This document shows, piece by piece, positions 1 through 13,993 of a stretch of 64,000 nt of DNA (position 1 is the stretch's first letter; every line of letters begins with the position of its first letter). Below the pieces are notes generated by a model. It saw only the letters and a program-made list of their open reading frames with translations, had not been told where the DNA came from and searched no databases. The position numbers were made by a program, and so were the translations under genes. This DNA comes from Adineta vaga (lineage: Eukaryota; Animalia; Rotifera): NCBI GenBank assembly GCA_021613535.1, contig CP075495.1, forward strand, positions 4,960,001 through 5,024,000, in the 5' to 3' direction.

Positions 1-720
1 CCAAGACGCATTTTAAATTGTGCTCGTTGATATTGCGCATTATCTTGACTAACTTTTGTTTTGGATAATTCAATTAACATATCACTTATAGCTGGTGGAC
101 AATATTTCGCTGCTGTTTCATGTGCATGGCCACGACTAATAGCAAGAATAAATTGTCGTGTTGGAATTGAAAATGATAAATTATCGATATCAACATGAAT
201 CAATTGTTCAGATGGTATACTTTTTAAAAATATTAATCGACTACGACCACTAATATCAAGAATAACACTACTAGGTACGATATGTGAAATAGTTTTATTC
301 TGTCCATTTGACATTTGTTCAATTGATTCGGAAAGAATACCAATTGTTTGTTTATTCATTAGAGCAACAAGTAAAACAAGTTGAGCTCGAACACTTGTTG
401 GTTTATAAGTATTACTAAGAGCAAGAATATCTGGTAAACGTTGCCGTACAACAGTCCATTTAGATAGAATAGGTTCTTGTTCATCGGTTTCATTATTGTC
501 ATAGAAAGAAAGTGCTGCTTGAGCACGACGACGACGTAATTTTACTGTATATTTCCGTTCACTAACCATTGAAACATAATCAATTAATGGCTAAATAATT
601 TCAAATAATCATTTCAAATAGTAACAAATCTTACTATGGCTTACTTACTTGAGAACATGAAGTGGTATGTTGACGTCTATGTTGTTCACGATAAGACTGT
701 CTGGAAGTATTCGGATACAT
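1..720 (-). CDS. Hypothetical protein, 5' part (runs off window); exons 649-720 and <1-590
   Basis: ATG at 720 (MYPNTSRQSY...), GTAAGT donor, 58-nt intron 591-648, then a stop-free frame of about 196 codons (PLIDYVSMVSERKYTVKLRRRRAQAALSFYD...RAQFKMRL) with the same codon usage as the other genes. Confidence 0.8.
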
Positions 721-1534
721 GTTATTCAGAATGTCAATGAGAAGTAAAAGATTCAATAACGATGTTAGTATTGCTACTACTATATAATGATATATATAAC
801 CTTTTTTTTTATATGAGCGTAGGTGGTGTATCATTGATGTTCTCTTTTTTTTATATAATGTTTGCAGTTGTCCATGGCCAAGTGACTTTTGTTTGTCAGC
901 AACATTGTCGAGAGAAAATACCTTCATATAAGAAAGAGATCATAATGACATATTTATAGATAAGAGAAGATTTTAATGAAATTCATTTTCTGTCAAACAA
1001 TACTTATGATATGTATAGACATTAATCAATATTGCATAAATGAAATATAATTCTCATTATTTTTGAGTATATTTATATGAAAAAAGGAAGAGAAGAGATT
1101 GATTTCATTTACTTTTAATCTATAAAAAATCTATTGTTAGATATTCATACGATGTTTATTCCATTATTTAGTCACATGACGTCATTTATGACGATATTTA
1201 GGTATAACAGTGCAGTTCACAGGTCGTAAATATTTTGTTGTCAGGAAAATGTTATTAACTTTTCTCGTCATTAGAAATACATCTTGTTATTTTAATTAAG
1301 TGAAAGAATGATTCATATCGTAATAAACATAACATTGCATTTGTCATGAAAACGAAAGTCTTTTTTTCGAAAGTACGTACGATGAAGTAAAATGTACACA
1401 TTTGATTTGGTTATTGACTGTCACGGAACTTGATAAACTTTTATAGATATGTTGTTGTTGTACCTACTGTCTGTGGATTATTTTTAATTTAATCTGTTTT
1501 TTTTGAGTCAATTATAAGATGATAATAAACTTAG

Positions 1535-1735
1535 TTATGTTTTTGATGGTGCTATAATTTCATATGCATGAGAATGACTTTGTAATAGACGTTGAAAACT
1601 ACCAGTCTATTTAAATGATCGAAGAGTTCTTTTTACGACATATTGATTATGTCACTGGTTTAAATAAATCTTTTATTATGAATAATCTCCTGTCAGAAAA
1701 TTTATTTCAAATAAATACCATTTTATCAATGCTTT
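1535..1735 (-). pseudogene. Possible decayed terminal exon of unknown gene
   Basis: AG acceptor then 67 codons KALIKWYLFEINFLTGDYS**KIYLNQ*HNQYVVKRTLRSFK*TGSFQRLLQSHSHAYEIIAPSKT*; protein-like composition but 4 internal stops. Confidence 0.25.
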
Positions 1736-3623
1736 CTATTCAAAAACAAAAAGTCTTCTATTACATATGTGTTTTGTTCGATCTTTTTGTAAAAAAATAT
1801 TCTTTTGTTTTGTACAGATCAAATATCAAACATACCTTTAATTTGTTAGAATCAGCTTTCTAATTACTATTTTTATCGACTTACTAATAGAAAATCATGT
1901 TTTCATTTAAGACACAAAAGTGCATACACTTATTTTGTACTTACTAAAATAGATATTAACATTATGTCACCTCCGACGCAAGGTTATGTTCATACGATAT
2001 GTATGTGCCCTGAAGATATATACTTTAGCATAGAATTTACTATTATCTGAAACCTGGGTTGAATAAGTAAACATAGAGAAAAGTACGAAGTCTATATATG
2101 AATATATCTGATACAGATATGAACTTAAATTTTAAAAATAAAAATATCAAGGCCATTTTATTTCACATGATTTTTATTAATAAAATATTATATCAACAAT
2201 ACAGAAAGACATCTGTTGTTGACAGGTAAACAAAGAATGTCTTAGTAAGGTATATTGAATTAAATAAGTATTTAACTGAAACAAACTTGAAAAATCAATT
2301 CCTTTGAGATTTTTTGATTAATCGAGAAGCAAAGTCGATAAATATTTTTAAGTCATATTTCGTGTATCATTAGCAAATAAAAACTATATTACGTGCTTCA
2401 GAAAAGAATAGTATGCTCTTGAAAATCATAGCTGCATCTATTCAATATATATTGATCTTTTTTTTTCCTTTTTAACCTTTGACATAAGTTTAGACATTTT
2501 CTATATCTTAATTCTCAAAAGCTAATTTCGCAGACATGTTTCACAAGTACTTCTCATTCAGTCCATCGAGATTTGACAATTCCGCTATGATTCTAAATTA
2601 CATTTACATGTATATAATCTTCTCTTCATTCATATCCATTCCCATGTAACAAACAGGTCAATATAGATTGATTGATTGATTATACCACCTCTCCAAAACT
2701 GTGCTACTTTTAATTGACTAATACATCTGTTCTATCATTTATATTAGAAAATTATTCAATCATTCTTTCATATTCGACTTTCCTCAATCGAGGTTCTTTT
2801 CTTCGATATAGATTTGCTAATTACTTTTCAACCAACGATCAAGAGAGATGAAATATTGCATCGAACCGAAAATGAAACAATGACACAAGAGAGAAAACCT
2901 TTTTCTTCGTCACAAAAGACCGTAATTTCTTCGACAAAGATTGAAAAGAAATTGATTTGAAATAAAAATCTTTTACCATTATTTATTGATCGCACTCCGT
3001 ATGCAGTTTTATCTATCACGTCTTGTAATCAGTCAAAAGGCACGTTCTTTCAAGGCATATATAAAACAAAAAAGAAAATCTGTCTATGTACCTTTACAAA
3101 AGAATTTTCTCTCTTACATATATATATATATAGAAAGATGATTGATAGTTGGAATACAAAAAAGTTATTTATAATATATTCTTAGTTTGGAATTTATAAC
3201 AAGTATGTTTCTTCGATTCAATATCGTCTTATGTTTCTTTCCTTTTTTTTTGCTTGCAAATAAAAACTATGATGTTATTTTCCATACATAACTGTCGCTT
3301 GAAAGTGCGATGTACACGCGAGTAAAACAGAACAAAGATTGATGGTAAAGAAGAAGCAGGAAATTCAAAAATTAAACACGAGATTCTCTCAAGAAAAAGA
3401 AAAACAAACTGAATGAAGTGATTCTATACAATGAACAAAAAGATCGACTGTTCTTTATATGCTTAGACATGATGGCACGGGGTTGTTTACCAATTATCAT
3501 TACGCAAATGAATAGTCATTCTGACGAAATAGAGACATAAAACCGACCAGCGGTTTTTTGTTGATAATTTTAATTTGAAGAATTACGTCCGTTCAGATCT
3601 ATCATCATCTTCATCATCTGAAT

Positions 3624-4370
3624 TCATGTCTTTGATGCATGAGCTGTTCGTTTTTTCTTCTTTTTCTTCAATCGAGAATTATTGTCTTTTTTCGATGATG
3701 AAGGCGATGCGGTTACTGATCCGTTTCCATTTTGATTCGATGAATTCGTATTTGAATTTTGTGATGGTAATGGATCAGATAAATCATTTGGTAATGAACT
3801 TAGTGTGCCACCTCCGTTATTATCGCATTCGCGTAATTGTTCGAGAGTTATTATATTATAATGTGAATCGAAAACGGCTGGTGTAAGATCATTCGAAGCA
3901 CGAACAATACGTATAGCATGAACTTTATCACGTAAAGAATTTGATGATAAATCATTCGAATTACGTGTACGACAGCCAAAACAACTGGTTAATGTTAACC
4001 AAAGATTGGATGTATGATTTGAATGTATTTTCGAGCGTGTCATATTGTCAGTATTATTCAATAGATGACTACTATGACTAATTAATTGTGGAGACGTCAA
4101 TGTACTAGTAGGATGTGAATATGTCTGATCAAGACGATTATGGTTCGTCGAATGATTTATGGTACCACCACCACTACTGCCATGATGATGATGAGAAGAA
4201 CCACCAGCAGTCGGAACTTCTGATATAGGAAATTCATATTCCATTTTTGATGAAGTTTCACTGCGTATTAACCGTGCAACATTCGGTGATTGTTGATGAA
4301 ATGCTGATTGATTTGTAAGTCCGGCAATAACACCCAATTCGGACGATTGAGACGATTCTGCAGTGCCCAT
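3624..4370 (-). CDS. Disordered Ser/His/Asn-rich protein with N-myristoylation-like start (MGTAES) and polybasic C-terminus
   Basis: 248-codon ORF after acceptor TTTTCCAG (exon starts 4379); G2/S6 myristoylation pattern; ends RLKKKKKKRTAHASKT. Confidence 0.7.
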   Translation of the reverse strand: MGTAESSQSSELGVIAGLTNQSAFHQQSPNVARLIRSETSSKMEYEFPISEVPTAGGSSHHHHGSSGGGTINHSTNHNRLDQTYSHPTSTLTSPQLISHSSHLLNNTDNMTRSKIHSNHTSNLWLTLTSCFGCRTRNSNDLSSNSLRDKVHAIRIVRASNDLTPAVFDSHYNIITLEQLRECDNNGGGTLSSLPNDLSDPLPSQNSNTNSSNQNGNGSVTASPSSSKKDNNSRLKKKKKKRTAHASKT

Positions 4371-5731
4371 TTTGACATCCTGGAAAAAGAAAACAACCAT
4401 ACAATGTTTGAATTAGAAATAAATAACTGAAAATACAAGAAGAAGAAGAAGAAGAAGAAGAAGCAATAGGAGAATGTCATTTGCAGAGATAGGAATAACA
4501 GTCGCTTGATTGCTTTAACAAATGAAAAGCAAAATTATTTTTTTTATCTACGTGCTCTTTTCTTTCTCTCATCATCAAATCTAGATTATAGATTATCATC
4601 GATCGTTTTTTTTCTACGATAGATTAACGAAAAAATCAATAAAAGTAACAACTCTTCTGTTTTTCTATTTTTAGAAACTGCAGACGACTGTAAGTTCATA
4701 TTATTCAACTTTTATATCTGCTCAGCAATAAAATAAATTTAAAACAAACTTGACTCAATATTTTAACGATTTATCAAATCAATTACAATCTAGAGATTTG
4801 ACTTACATGACGGTTGTACACCGTTTAGCATTACGATTAGATATAAAGGTAACTGAATCTCTATCATGACAACATGACGACAGTATGTCGATAAAGAAAA
4901 AGAAGAAGAAGAAGAAGAAAAAAGATCTTTTTTTGCTCATTCATTCACTTATTTTCTTTTATTTCTTGTTCTCTAGTTCTCTCTTTCGCTGGAGCAGATT
5001 CTCGTCGGATAGAATTCTACAACTTAGCTGTCTGGATTCTTCATCGTCATCAGCAGCAGCATTTTTCTTCATTCTTCTTTACCTATTCTACAATTCGAAC
5101 AAGCCGTATTGTGCACGGAAACACCTCACAGCAGAGAGTTATGCTGGTAGAAAAGCAGACACTGAAGGAAAAAAAAAGAAAAATAGAAGCAAGAGAGTGA
5201 ACATCCGGAACAGCATGCAAGAAAAATGTTGTTCAACATAACATTAATGGGAAAAGAGAACTAGAAGGAAGCCTTAGAACGTCCGGCCTTTTTTGTCTCT
5301 CTCTCCCTCCCTCCCTCTCTCTCTCTCTCTCTCTTCATGTATACAGAACTCTTTCTTTTCTACAATATGTTTGTCTGTTAGATTTTTATCAACAGAATAA
5401 ATAGTACATCTCTATTTCGTGATCTATACTAACTATTTTCAACAGAAATCAATACAAGACAAAAACTCACCATTGTTTTCTTTTCTCATATAGAATGAGA
5501 ACTTTCTTTGCCTATCTGAATTTCTTGAGATACTTTCAAAGAAACGAATGGGTACAGAAAGATGTTCTAATGTGCATCGTATTGATAAAAAACGATGGTT
5601 CTATGATTTCTCTGTTTGATACATTTTCTGGAAGACACAAACGGAAGAGAAAAAAAGTCCATCAATGATTAATCGGTGCTATTACTACTACTGCTTCTTC
5701 TTCTCCTTCGTCTTCTTTTTCTTCTTCTCTT

Positions 5732-5735
<4 letters not shown>

Positions 5736-5764
<29 letters not shown>

Positions 5765-5788
5765 TTCATTTTCATTATTATTATTATT
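5736..5788. repeat. (TTA)n microsatellite, interrupted
   Basis: Direct reading; explains the spurious poly-Leu ORF 5676-5858. Confidence 0.9.
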
Positions 5789-8700
5789 TCGGTTCTTAGC
5801 ACCCGTTGGCGTGCAACCATCGTTTGCTCGGATCTGTTTGCCGATCGAACACCGCTAATTGGAACGTGTAATAGTTCAACATATTTATCAACTCATAGCA
5901 ATAAAAGAAAAAAGCAAATTAGATTCGCCTATTAATAAAGATAACAGACTTAGAATTGTAAATCATGCAAGAAAAAGACAAGAAAAAAAGAATATCGAAC
6001 TCGACAGAATCCTTGAAACAAAACAACAATAAGAAGAGAAAAACGAAAAGTTTATTGGGCTTTCCGAAAACAAAAACATATTATGTTCGAGATCGTGTGT
6101 CAGAATCGACATCTTTGTCATCAGTTTTTTGTCAATGTTGACAGAGGAGGAGATCAACAAGAACATCGACAGACACATATATAGATTATATCACTAAAGA
6201 TTGTATCCTCACAAGATTATGGCACATCTGTTTAATAATTTGCCTCAATCACACACACGCACAGAGATATTCATCAAATTTTTGTTTGCCTTGCTCGATA
6301 GAGAACTATTATTTATTGATTAACAAACTACTATCATTCTTATGAACATATCATGTTTACTAGTAATATTTCTTTTCCATTTAATGTAATTAAAATATCG
6401 AAATAGATACTAATGAATCTATATGGAATAGGAGAAAATGTTGTAAATGAATAATAATAGGACATATTTATACTAAATTATTTCAAAAAATATCTGAGTT
6501 ACCTTACCGAATCATTTGAAAACTAAAGTATTCCATATTTCTATGTTTTCTTGCGGATAGAAGAAGTCTATTTATATAGGCTGACTAAATATTGTCGATT
6601 TAATATGCATGCAAGAAAAATGTCATCTTACTTTAGCTAAAGGACAAATAAATGGGTAAAAATAGTTTTTGTCTAATAATTCTTCTTTCTAATCAAGCGA
6701 TTTCGAACGCATGACGTAATGTCTAACTAATCGTGCGAATAAATCACAAAATAATATTAATATCGAAGATATAGAATGGGTTAAACAAGAAGAAAAAACA
6801 AATCTTTTGTTTCCTTGATGACATTTATTGGATTGCTTTTGTCATAGTTTCTTTATGAATGATCTATAAACGTTATTGTATATGAATAAATAGTAAAAGT
6901 AGCAAGTTTTTCCTTCTCTCTCTCTCTCTCTCTCTTTCTGTCTATTCTAATAGTATAGCATCTACTCATCAATTCACTTTCACGACAACGGCAATGAACG
7001 AGTAGGTCGTCCGACGAGAACTTGCGTTATTCGTGTTTATATGTGCAGACATGTTCTTTTTCTCGGTTGCTCGGCTTTCAAAACAAAATAAAGGAAAAAA
7101 ATGACACTACATTTTTCTTTTTCCTTTCATTACTAACAACGATGTACTAAAACTAATTGAGCTACTGTTGTTGTTATGTTTCATCATAGTAAAGTTAATA
7201 TTGATGATCGTACTATTTAGATACGTCTCTAATGACATACCAAAATTCATTTTTGGATATATTGATTAATTATTTTGAATATTAGTATTGCGTAGTTCGA
7301 AAAAATGAATACATAAACAAATGATCCAACAGACAAGGTCATCCAGATAAAGAAAAACAAATATATATATATATATATTACTCACGGGATATAAACAAAT
7401 GTTTCAATAGAAGAATCAATTCTTTTTTAGAAATAATACTAGATGAAATATGAGTGAATATAATTCAATTGATAAGTTTTAATCCTTTAGAAAAGAAAGT
7501 ATCTGTTAGATATATTAAGATTTATTCTCAAATTCTTCATTTTTAATTCATCAGAATTCTAAATGAATATCAAAGGATACTAACGATTCATATGTCTTAT
7601 AAATAGACGAACATTAGAAAACATAATCTCCAATTATATTTATTTTATTTTATTCTTTTAACTTACATTGAACAGAGAGAACGGAAAGTACAAGAAATGA
7701 ATGACACTATATATATATATATATATATTCATAATTATTGATGAAAACAGTACATTAATGTGACATGTCATATTTTCTTTTCCTAGTGAAAATCGACAGT
7801 TGCGTTTTACAGAGTCAGATTGACGCACTTCATTTCTATCATATGGTTCATTAAGAAAATGATTGCGTGAGTTAAAAAATCCTTTGTTAAAGATATACAT
7901 AGCAAACAAAAATCTATGAAACTTGTATATTATTCGCAAATGTTACTAATTCATTGCTTCTAATAGATTATCAGGTAAATGAATTAAATCAAATCATTTT
8001 CTATTCAATAGTTTTTCTTGAATTCTTTTTATTTATGATTAAACGAATCGAACCATGAAAGAAATATATGATTATATTATCAAAAGATTCTACTAGTTTA
8101 GTTTTCTCTTCTATACATGTATAGATCTTAATTACTAATAGAATATGGCGTTGTAAGATGAAGAAAAAATAAATAGTAGTGACATTTCAACGAAAAGGCG
8201 ACAAAAGAAAAACAAGAATTCTTAACAACAACGTAACTAACATAATAATCGTAAAAGAAAAATATAGAATCTATCTATTCGTTTCTTATTTTACGAAGAG
8301 AAAAGAAACGATTTTAACTTGATAATAACTTACTTGATCACTGTCATGGTCGTTCATATTACCGAAAGAATGTTAGGAAGAAAATGAAACAAATGATTTA
8401 AAACTCAATCGACATTCAATAAGATTTTCGTCGACATTGTTTAGCATGATTTGCTGATTTATATTTGTGATTGTCGAAACCGATTGAGATAGGTTTAGTT
8501 GATGGGAATAAGCAACATATGAGAAAGAAAGAAAGTGAAAAAAATATGAATGGAATAAGAATGATAGAGAAGGACAAAATGAGTATACTTATATAAATGA
8601 AGAAGAAAGTAAAAGGATGGATGAATTCAATGACCATATGTTTGTGTATCTTTCTTCTAGTAGACTAAAGATATAGTAGAGAGGGAGGGAGGGAGGGAGG

Positions 8701-10826
8701 GAGAGAGAGAGGAAATCTTCTTCTTTAACAAAAGACTAAGATCGTGTTCAATAATAACGATGATGCGAGAAGAAAAAGATTGTGCTTTCAAGTTCATCAA
8801 CGACTATTACTTGCAGATATATTTCTAAGTAAAAAGCTTTACAATTTTCTTCTTTTTCTTCTTCTTCTCCTTCTTTTCTTTCTTTTTTATTCGCTAGAAT
8901 AGTTACCGCTAACACAATTTTTTTGAGTGCTACATAAGTATAGAAAATAGATCGATAGTGAATGTCTCGCTTGTGAACTAAAACGACTCACAAAGAACTT
9001 GTCTATTGATAGCACATAGAAAATAGCAAAAAGCATGTCTACGACGAAGAAGAGAATGTTGCTTAGCCGGAAGCAATCTATTCTGCTTACCAATACTAAT
9101 CATATCTATGGGGAGTCGATAGTCCATTCAAAACAATTAACGTGATGCATCAAAGACACGTAAACAAAACTTTCTCGTCTAACTAATGACGTACTTAAAA
9201 TGAAACATGTGCAATAATCACTCGTCGATATTTATAAACTATTATTTTCATATTAAAATAGAATTTCAAGTTAATTTTACTGATTTATATGAGAGGAAAA
9301 AAGGGAAATGAGTTTCTTTTGAGAATCATTATGATATACTTACAAACTTGTACATTTTTGACGAATATTCTCTATAATACAAATCTAATAGAATTGTTTC
9401 AATGAGATTTGATCTTGCTTTCTTTCGAAGAATAACATGATATTTCTTTTGGAGTTGTCCAGATAGAATTTTTCTTAGAAAAAAAAACAATCTCAACAGA
9501 AAAAAAAGGTCATTGAATTTATAAACAAAATAATAAGTATACAAAGGTATTATTGATGCAGAATAATTACATTCGACATATACAAAGAAAACGTTGTCGT
9601 TGAAATTTCCTTCTTTTTATCATTATCATTATGATTTACATTCACTCATTTATCAAAAAATTATTAAAGCTAGACATGCAATAGAATACTTAGTCTTCTT
9701 CTTCTTCTTTCTATGCAACATATGATGATTGAAAGAGACAAACTATTCAATAGACCCGTTCGTGACTAGTTTCATAGGGGATTAAGAGAATTGATATAGT
9801 GAAGTGCAATGATTTCATTCGATAGAAATCAAATTGATTTAATAATATAATATATAAGGCTAACAATTAAATCAAAAATATTTTCTTTTCGTAATTATTC
9901 CAGTCGAATGAGTTCTTTGACTATTTGAGAAACTAAACAAAAGCTAACGATACTGAATTTGACATATTTTAAAAAGAAGAAAATAGACCGGAGATGGGCG
10001 GATGATCAGACGTAAGAAAGTCATTGTTGAAGACTTGTTGTTTTTTTACAATAGAAAGAAAGAGAGAGGGAGAGCAAGAGAATGTGTGACAGCAACGACG
10101 TCATTCTTCCTATCAACATCCATCATTGTTAAATAGACGATATGAAAAAAATTTGATACTTAGAAGATAAGAGACGAATGATGTATTATTAAATTTCTGG
10201 AAGTTTCGACCTTCATAAGGAAAAAATCAATAGTATTGTTTGATCAATCAAAGTTTTTAATTTAAAATTATAAAGATCTGAATCGATACATTTTGATTAT
10301 GTAAATTATACAAGACCGATGATTTGTTAAAACAACTACTAACAATATTGTCTTTTTTCGTATACTTTCAATGATTATTTGCCAATCAACATTTTTCGCA
10401 AAAAAAACTTCCAAATCAGGAAGTTGTTTCCTTTAATTTCCTCGTTTCCTTATTGATGTCTCCTATTGCATTTATTCTTATCAGAACTAAATGTCATTCT
10501 AGTTTTCCAAAAGACAAAAGAGAAAAAAATCTATCAGAAAGAAATAACCAACATGTCTTGCTTGATAAAATAGATAGATAAAAGTTCGTTATTAGTAACG
10601 TATATGCAAAGAAAACAACAGTATCATCGATTGAATAGTAATTATAGTAGATACATTACGATTATAGTACAAGAATTATCGTTATTTACTATGATTAATG
10701 ACATTTGATTGACAGTGATTAGATAAGGATACCAGAAAAAAATGTCGACAAGCTGAAAATCTATATGTACTTCCGAGACAAGAACGATTAGTATTCATTA
10801 GAGTTTTCTGTTATCTCCGTGATACA

Positions 10827-11423
10827 ATGTTTAAAAGTGAATTCTATCTCGTTATTGTCTGTTTTTTCATTGGAAAAATCTTTTCGGAAGAACATGAATT
10901 GATCTACAATGAAGATTTTGTTTATTATGATGAATGTCGTGTGACCGTTTCACCAAGAAATTATCTTCAACCTGTACGTGCTTATACTCAAGTACAAAAA
11001 CCATGTAATGGAACATTACTTTGGACATATCCAAATTTAAATCTAACATTAACTATTGTCAATCTCGAAAATGATTCATTTACAATATGTTTTGAAAAGA
11101 AATCGATCGAAGAAAAATTAGTTCGTTCTATAAAAAGTTTTTATTCAAAGACAAATCAAACAAATCCTATGCATGAAGTACACGGAAGTTCAGGCACATT
11201 ATTATGTTCGACAAGTCAGGGGAATCGCATTTCAGTAATCATAGAAGCACTGCCATTGTATGCCGGAATACATTTACGTTATGCGATGTTTAATGAACGT
11301 CATCCATGGACAGCAGGTCCATATCCTGGCTGGGAACGATCAGAAAAATATTTATTTGGACCACCGGAACATATTCCAATGAAACAAAAGAAAGTACGAC
11401 GTAATCGAAAGAAACTTCATTGA
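10827..11423 (+). CDS. Secreted meteorin/METRNL-like CUB-domain protein (single exon, no NTR domain)
   Basis: Signal peptide; D-x-C ... CNGTLLWTYP ... FTICF ... LLC ... SVIIEA ... LRY aligns by eye with the METRNL N-terminal domain (C-xx-GAVEWMYP, LTVCI, QC, LFVEA, FQY); AATAAA at about 11541. Confidence 0.65.
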   Translation: MFKSEFYLVIVCFFIGKIFSEEHELIYNEDFVYYDECRVTVSPRNYLQPVRAYTQVQKPCNGTLLWTYPNLNLTLTIVNLENDSFTICFEKKSIEEKLVRSIKSFYSKTNQTNPMHEVHGSSGTLLCSTSQGNRISVIIEALPLYAGIHLRYAMFNERHPWTAGPYPGWERSEKYLFGPPEHIPMKQKKVRRNRKKLH

Positions 11424-12085
11424 TTTAAACAAATGAATACATTCAGAAACAATGACTTTTTTCTTCTAAATTGCTTGAAATCGATCATCCTTGCATTACC
11501 CTCGTCATTATTTTCTCGTAGCTTCGAATTTTTTAAACTGAATAAATTTTGAGAGCTTTTTATGTTCTTATAAAGCTCAATAAGTCTGAACTTTCATTAT
11601 ACTTTTGAGTTTATGTAAAACTAGATCTCTTAGTTTTCTTGTCTACTACCGCCATCATACATTAGATTTATTATTTGTCGAGTATGTGTCATACGATACA
11701 ACATATGTTTTAAAAAGAAAAAAATTATATCATCGTACTCATCACATCACATGATTGTTTTAATATATTTCTAAATAGAACAAAATGGATATTTTGAACT
11801 AGATAAACGATAAAGTTTAAGTTTATATCTTCAAACATCTGAAGATAATATTTTACTTTAATCAGGTGAGATAAATTGACGAAATTTTATTCCATACATT
11901 TATGTGATACGATTCAGAATTCTATCTCGACTATTCTGTACTCGCTGATTATTACTTTTGCAACGTTTTAGATACATAAAAGAAACTCTGATAAATGAAA
12001 TGACGGAGCAAGTTGTTTTTTTCTATTCGTTAAATAAAATTAGATAACAAAAGAAAAGAAAAACGAAGACACTTTTATTTTACTT

Positions 12086-13710
12086 ATGGCCTCTTCACGA
12101 TGTATTTCATGTATTGCAATCTGTACACTGATTGTTTCATTTATTCTTGTTGTTATTGGTATTATTGGAATTGTTCTCGGTCCGCATATACTTCAAACTC
12201 AAATTAATAAACAATTACCATTATCACCCGATTCCGATCAACTTGATTCATGGTCAACACCACCAGTTCCAATCTATTTACAATTCTGGTTATGGGAATG
12301 TGTCAATGTTGCTGAAGTTCTTCGAGGTGCAAAACCATTTGTTGTTCAGCGTGGTCCATTTACTTATTTAGAACATCGAACAAAAACTGGTGTATATTTC
12401 AATGAAAATAGTACGGTAACATATCGTCAACCCATTTCGTATACATTTATATCTGAGAAATCAGTTGCTAATGAATCATTACGAATAACAATGGTTAACA
12501 CTCCAATCGTAACGATTGTATCTTTAATTCGTAATGAAACAAAGAAAATACAAGCACTCTTTAATGTTATAAAAGATCTTTTTAATGAAACATTGTTTAT
12601 TGAACGTACTGCAGGTGAATGGATTTGGGGTTATGAAGATCCATTATTGAAAGCAGCAAAATCCATACCAATTATTAAAGATTTTGTACCTGATGATCAT
12701 TTTGGCTATTTTTATGGATCAAATGCAACAGATGATGGATTATATACAGTTTTTACCGGTAGGATTTACTAATTCAAAATTGAAATAAGATCACCTATAT
12801 TATTTATTGTTCTATTAGGTAAAAACAATATCGATGTATTAAATAATATTAATAAATGGAATGGTAAGTCTCAGGAAATGTTGAAAATGATTTCGAAAAA
12901 ATCCATATTTATTTATTAATCAATTTATATATACGAATCTTTCTAGGTGTTTCATCATTACCCTATTGGAAAACATCATGGGGTAATCAAATAAATGGTA
13001 CTGATGGTTCATGGTTTCCTCCATTGATCAATAAAGATCTTCAATCGGAACGTTTATATTTATATTCTACTGATGTTTGTCGCTCACTATATGCAAAATT
13101 CCAACATCATTCATCTGTATTAGACATTCCAACTGAACTTTTTTCTATTCCTGCAGAAGTATTTTTGAATTCAACTCTTAATCCAGATAATATTGCATTT
13201 GGTACTACAGATTCCGGTGTACTTGATGTTAGTGTATGTCGACAAGGTGCACCAATTTATATTTCTTTACCACATCTTTTATATGCTGCTGATCAATATA
13301 AAAATCGTCTTCAAGGTATTGCACCCGATGCATCCATACATCAAACATTTTTTGAAGTCGAACCACATACTGGTCTTGTTTTAAGTGCACAAAAACGACT
13401 TCAAATTAATGTTTTCCTTCAACCTGAACAATTCGTTGATGACTTTAAAAATATAAGTGAAGTTGTTTTACCAGTTGTATGGATTAATGAATCGACAATA
13501 ATCGATCAAAAATCAGCTGATGATTTAAATAATCAAGTTTTACGATATTTTACTATTGTTCGTTCAGTTTCAATCGTATTCATTCCAGTTGGTATCGTAC
13601 TATTTATTGGAACGATAGTTTTCTTTAAAAAACGACGAACAACAGACGAAACGACTCCATTACTTTATGCTGGATCGAATAATACCATCGCATCCGATCA
13701 TGACAACTAG
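12086..13710 (+). CDS. SCARB2: CD36/scavenger receptor class B, LIMP-2-like; exons 12086-12758, 12819-12863, 12947-13710
   Basis: N- and C-terminal TM helices, GPFTYLE, WGYEDP, INGTDGS, SLPHLL, VEPHTG motifs; C-tail acidic dileucine DETTPLL; splices cleanly in frame. Confidence 0.92.
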
Positions 13711-13993
13711 AGATTAGTTCCTTTTTTTATTTTGATATTTTCGTTTTTTTGAATAAAATAAAAGTGAAAAATGAAACGAATTGTTATTACAATAAGAAGA
13801 TGGATGAATTGGAAGCGATGCTATTCACTGAATAACATTCTATGATAAGGATTTCTGAAGATTGTAAAGTGACGTATAGAAACATTGTATTTATTTACAA
13901 ACAACGAACTGAGCAGAAAGAGTATAGTACAGACACAAAAACAACATAGTTACAGTTGAAGATTACATGTAGATATTTGCAAGTAACAGAATC

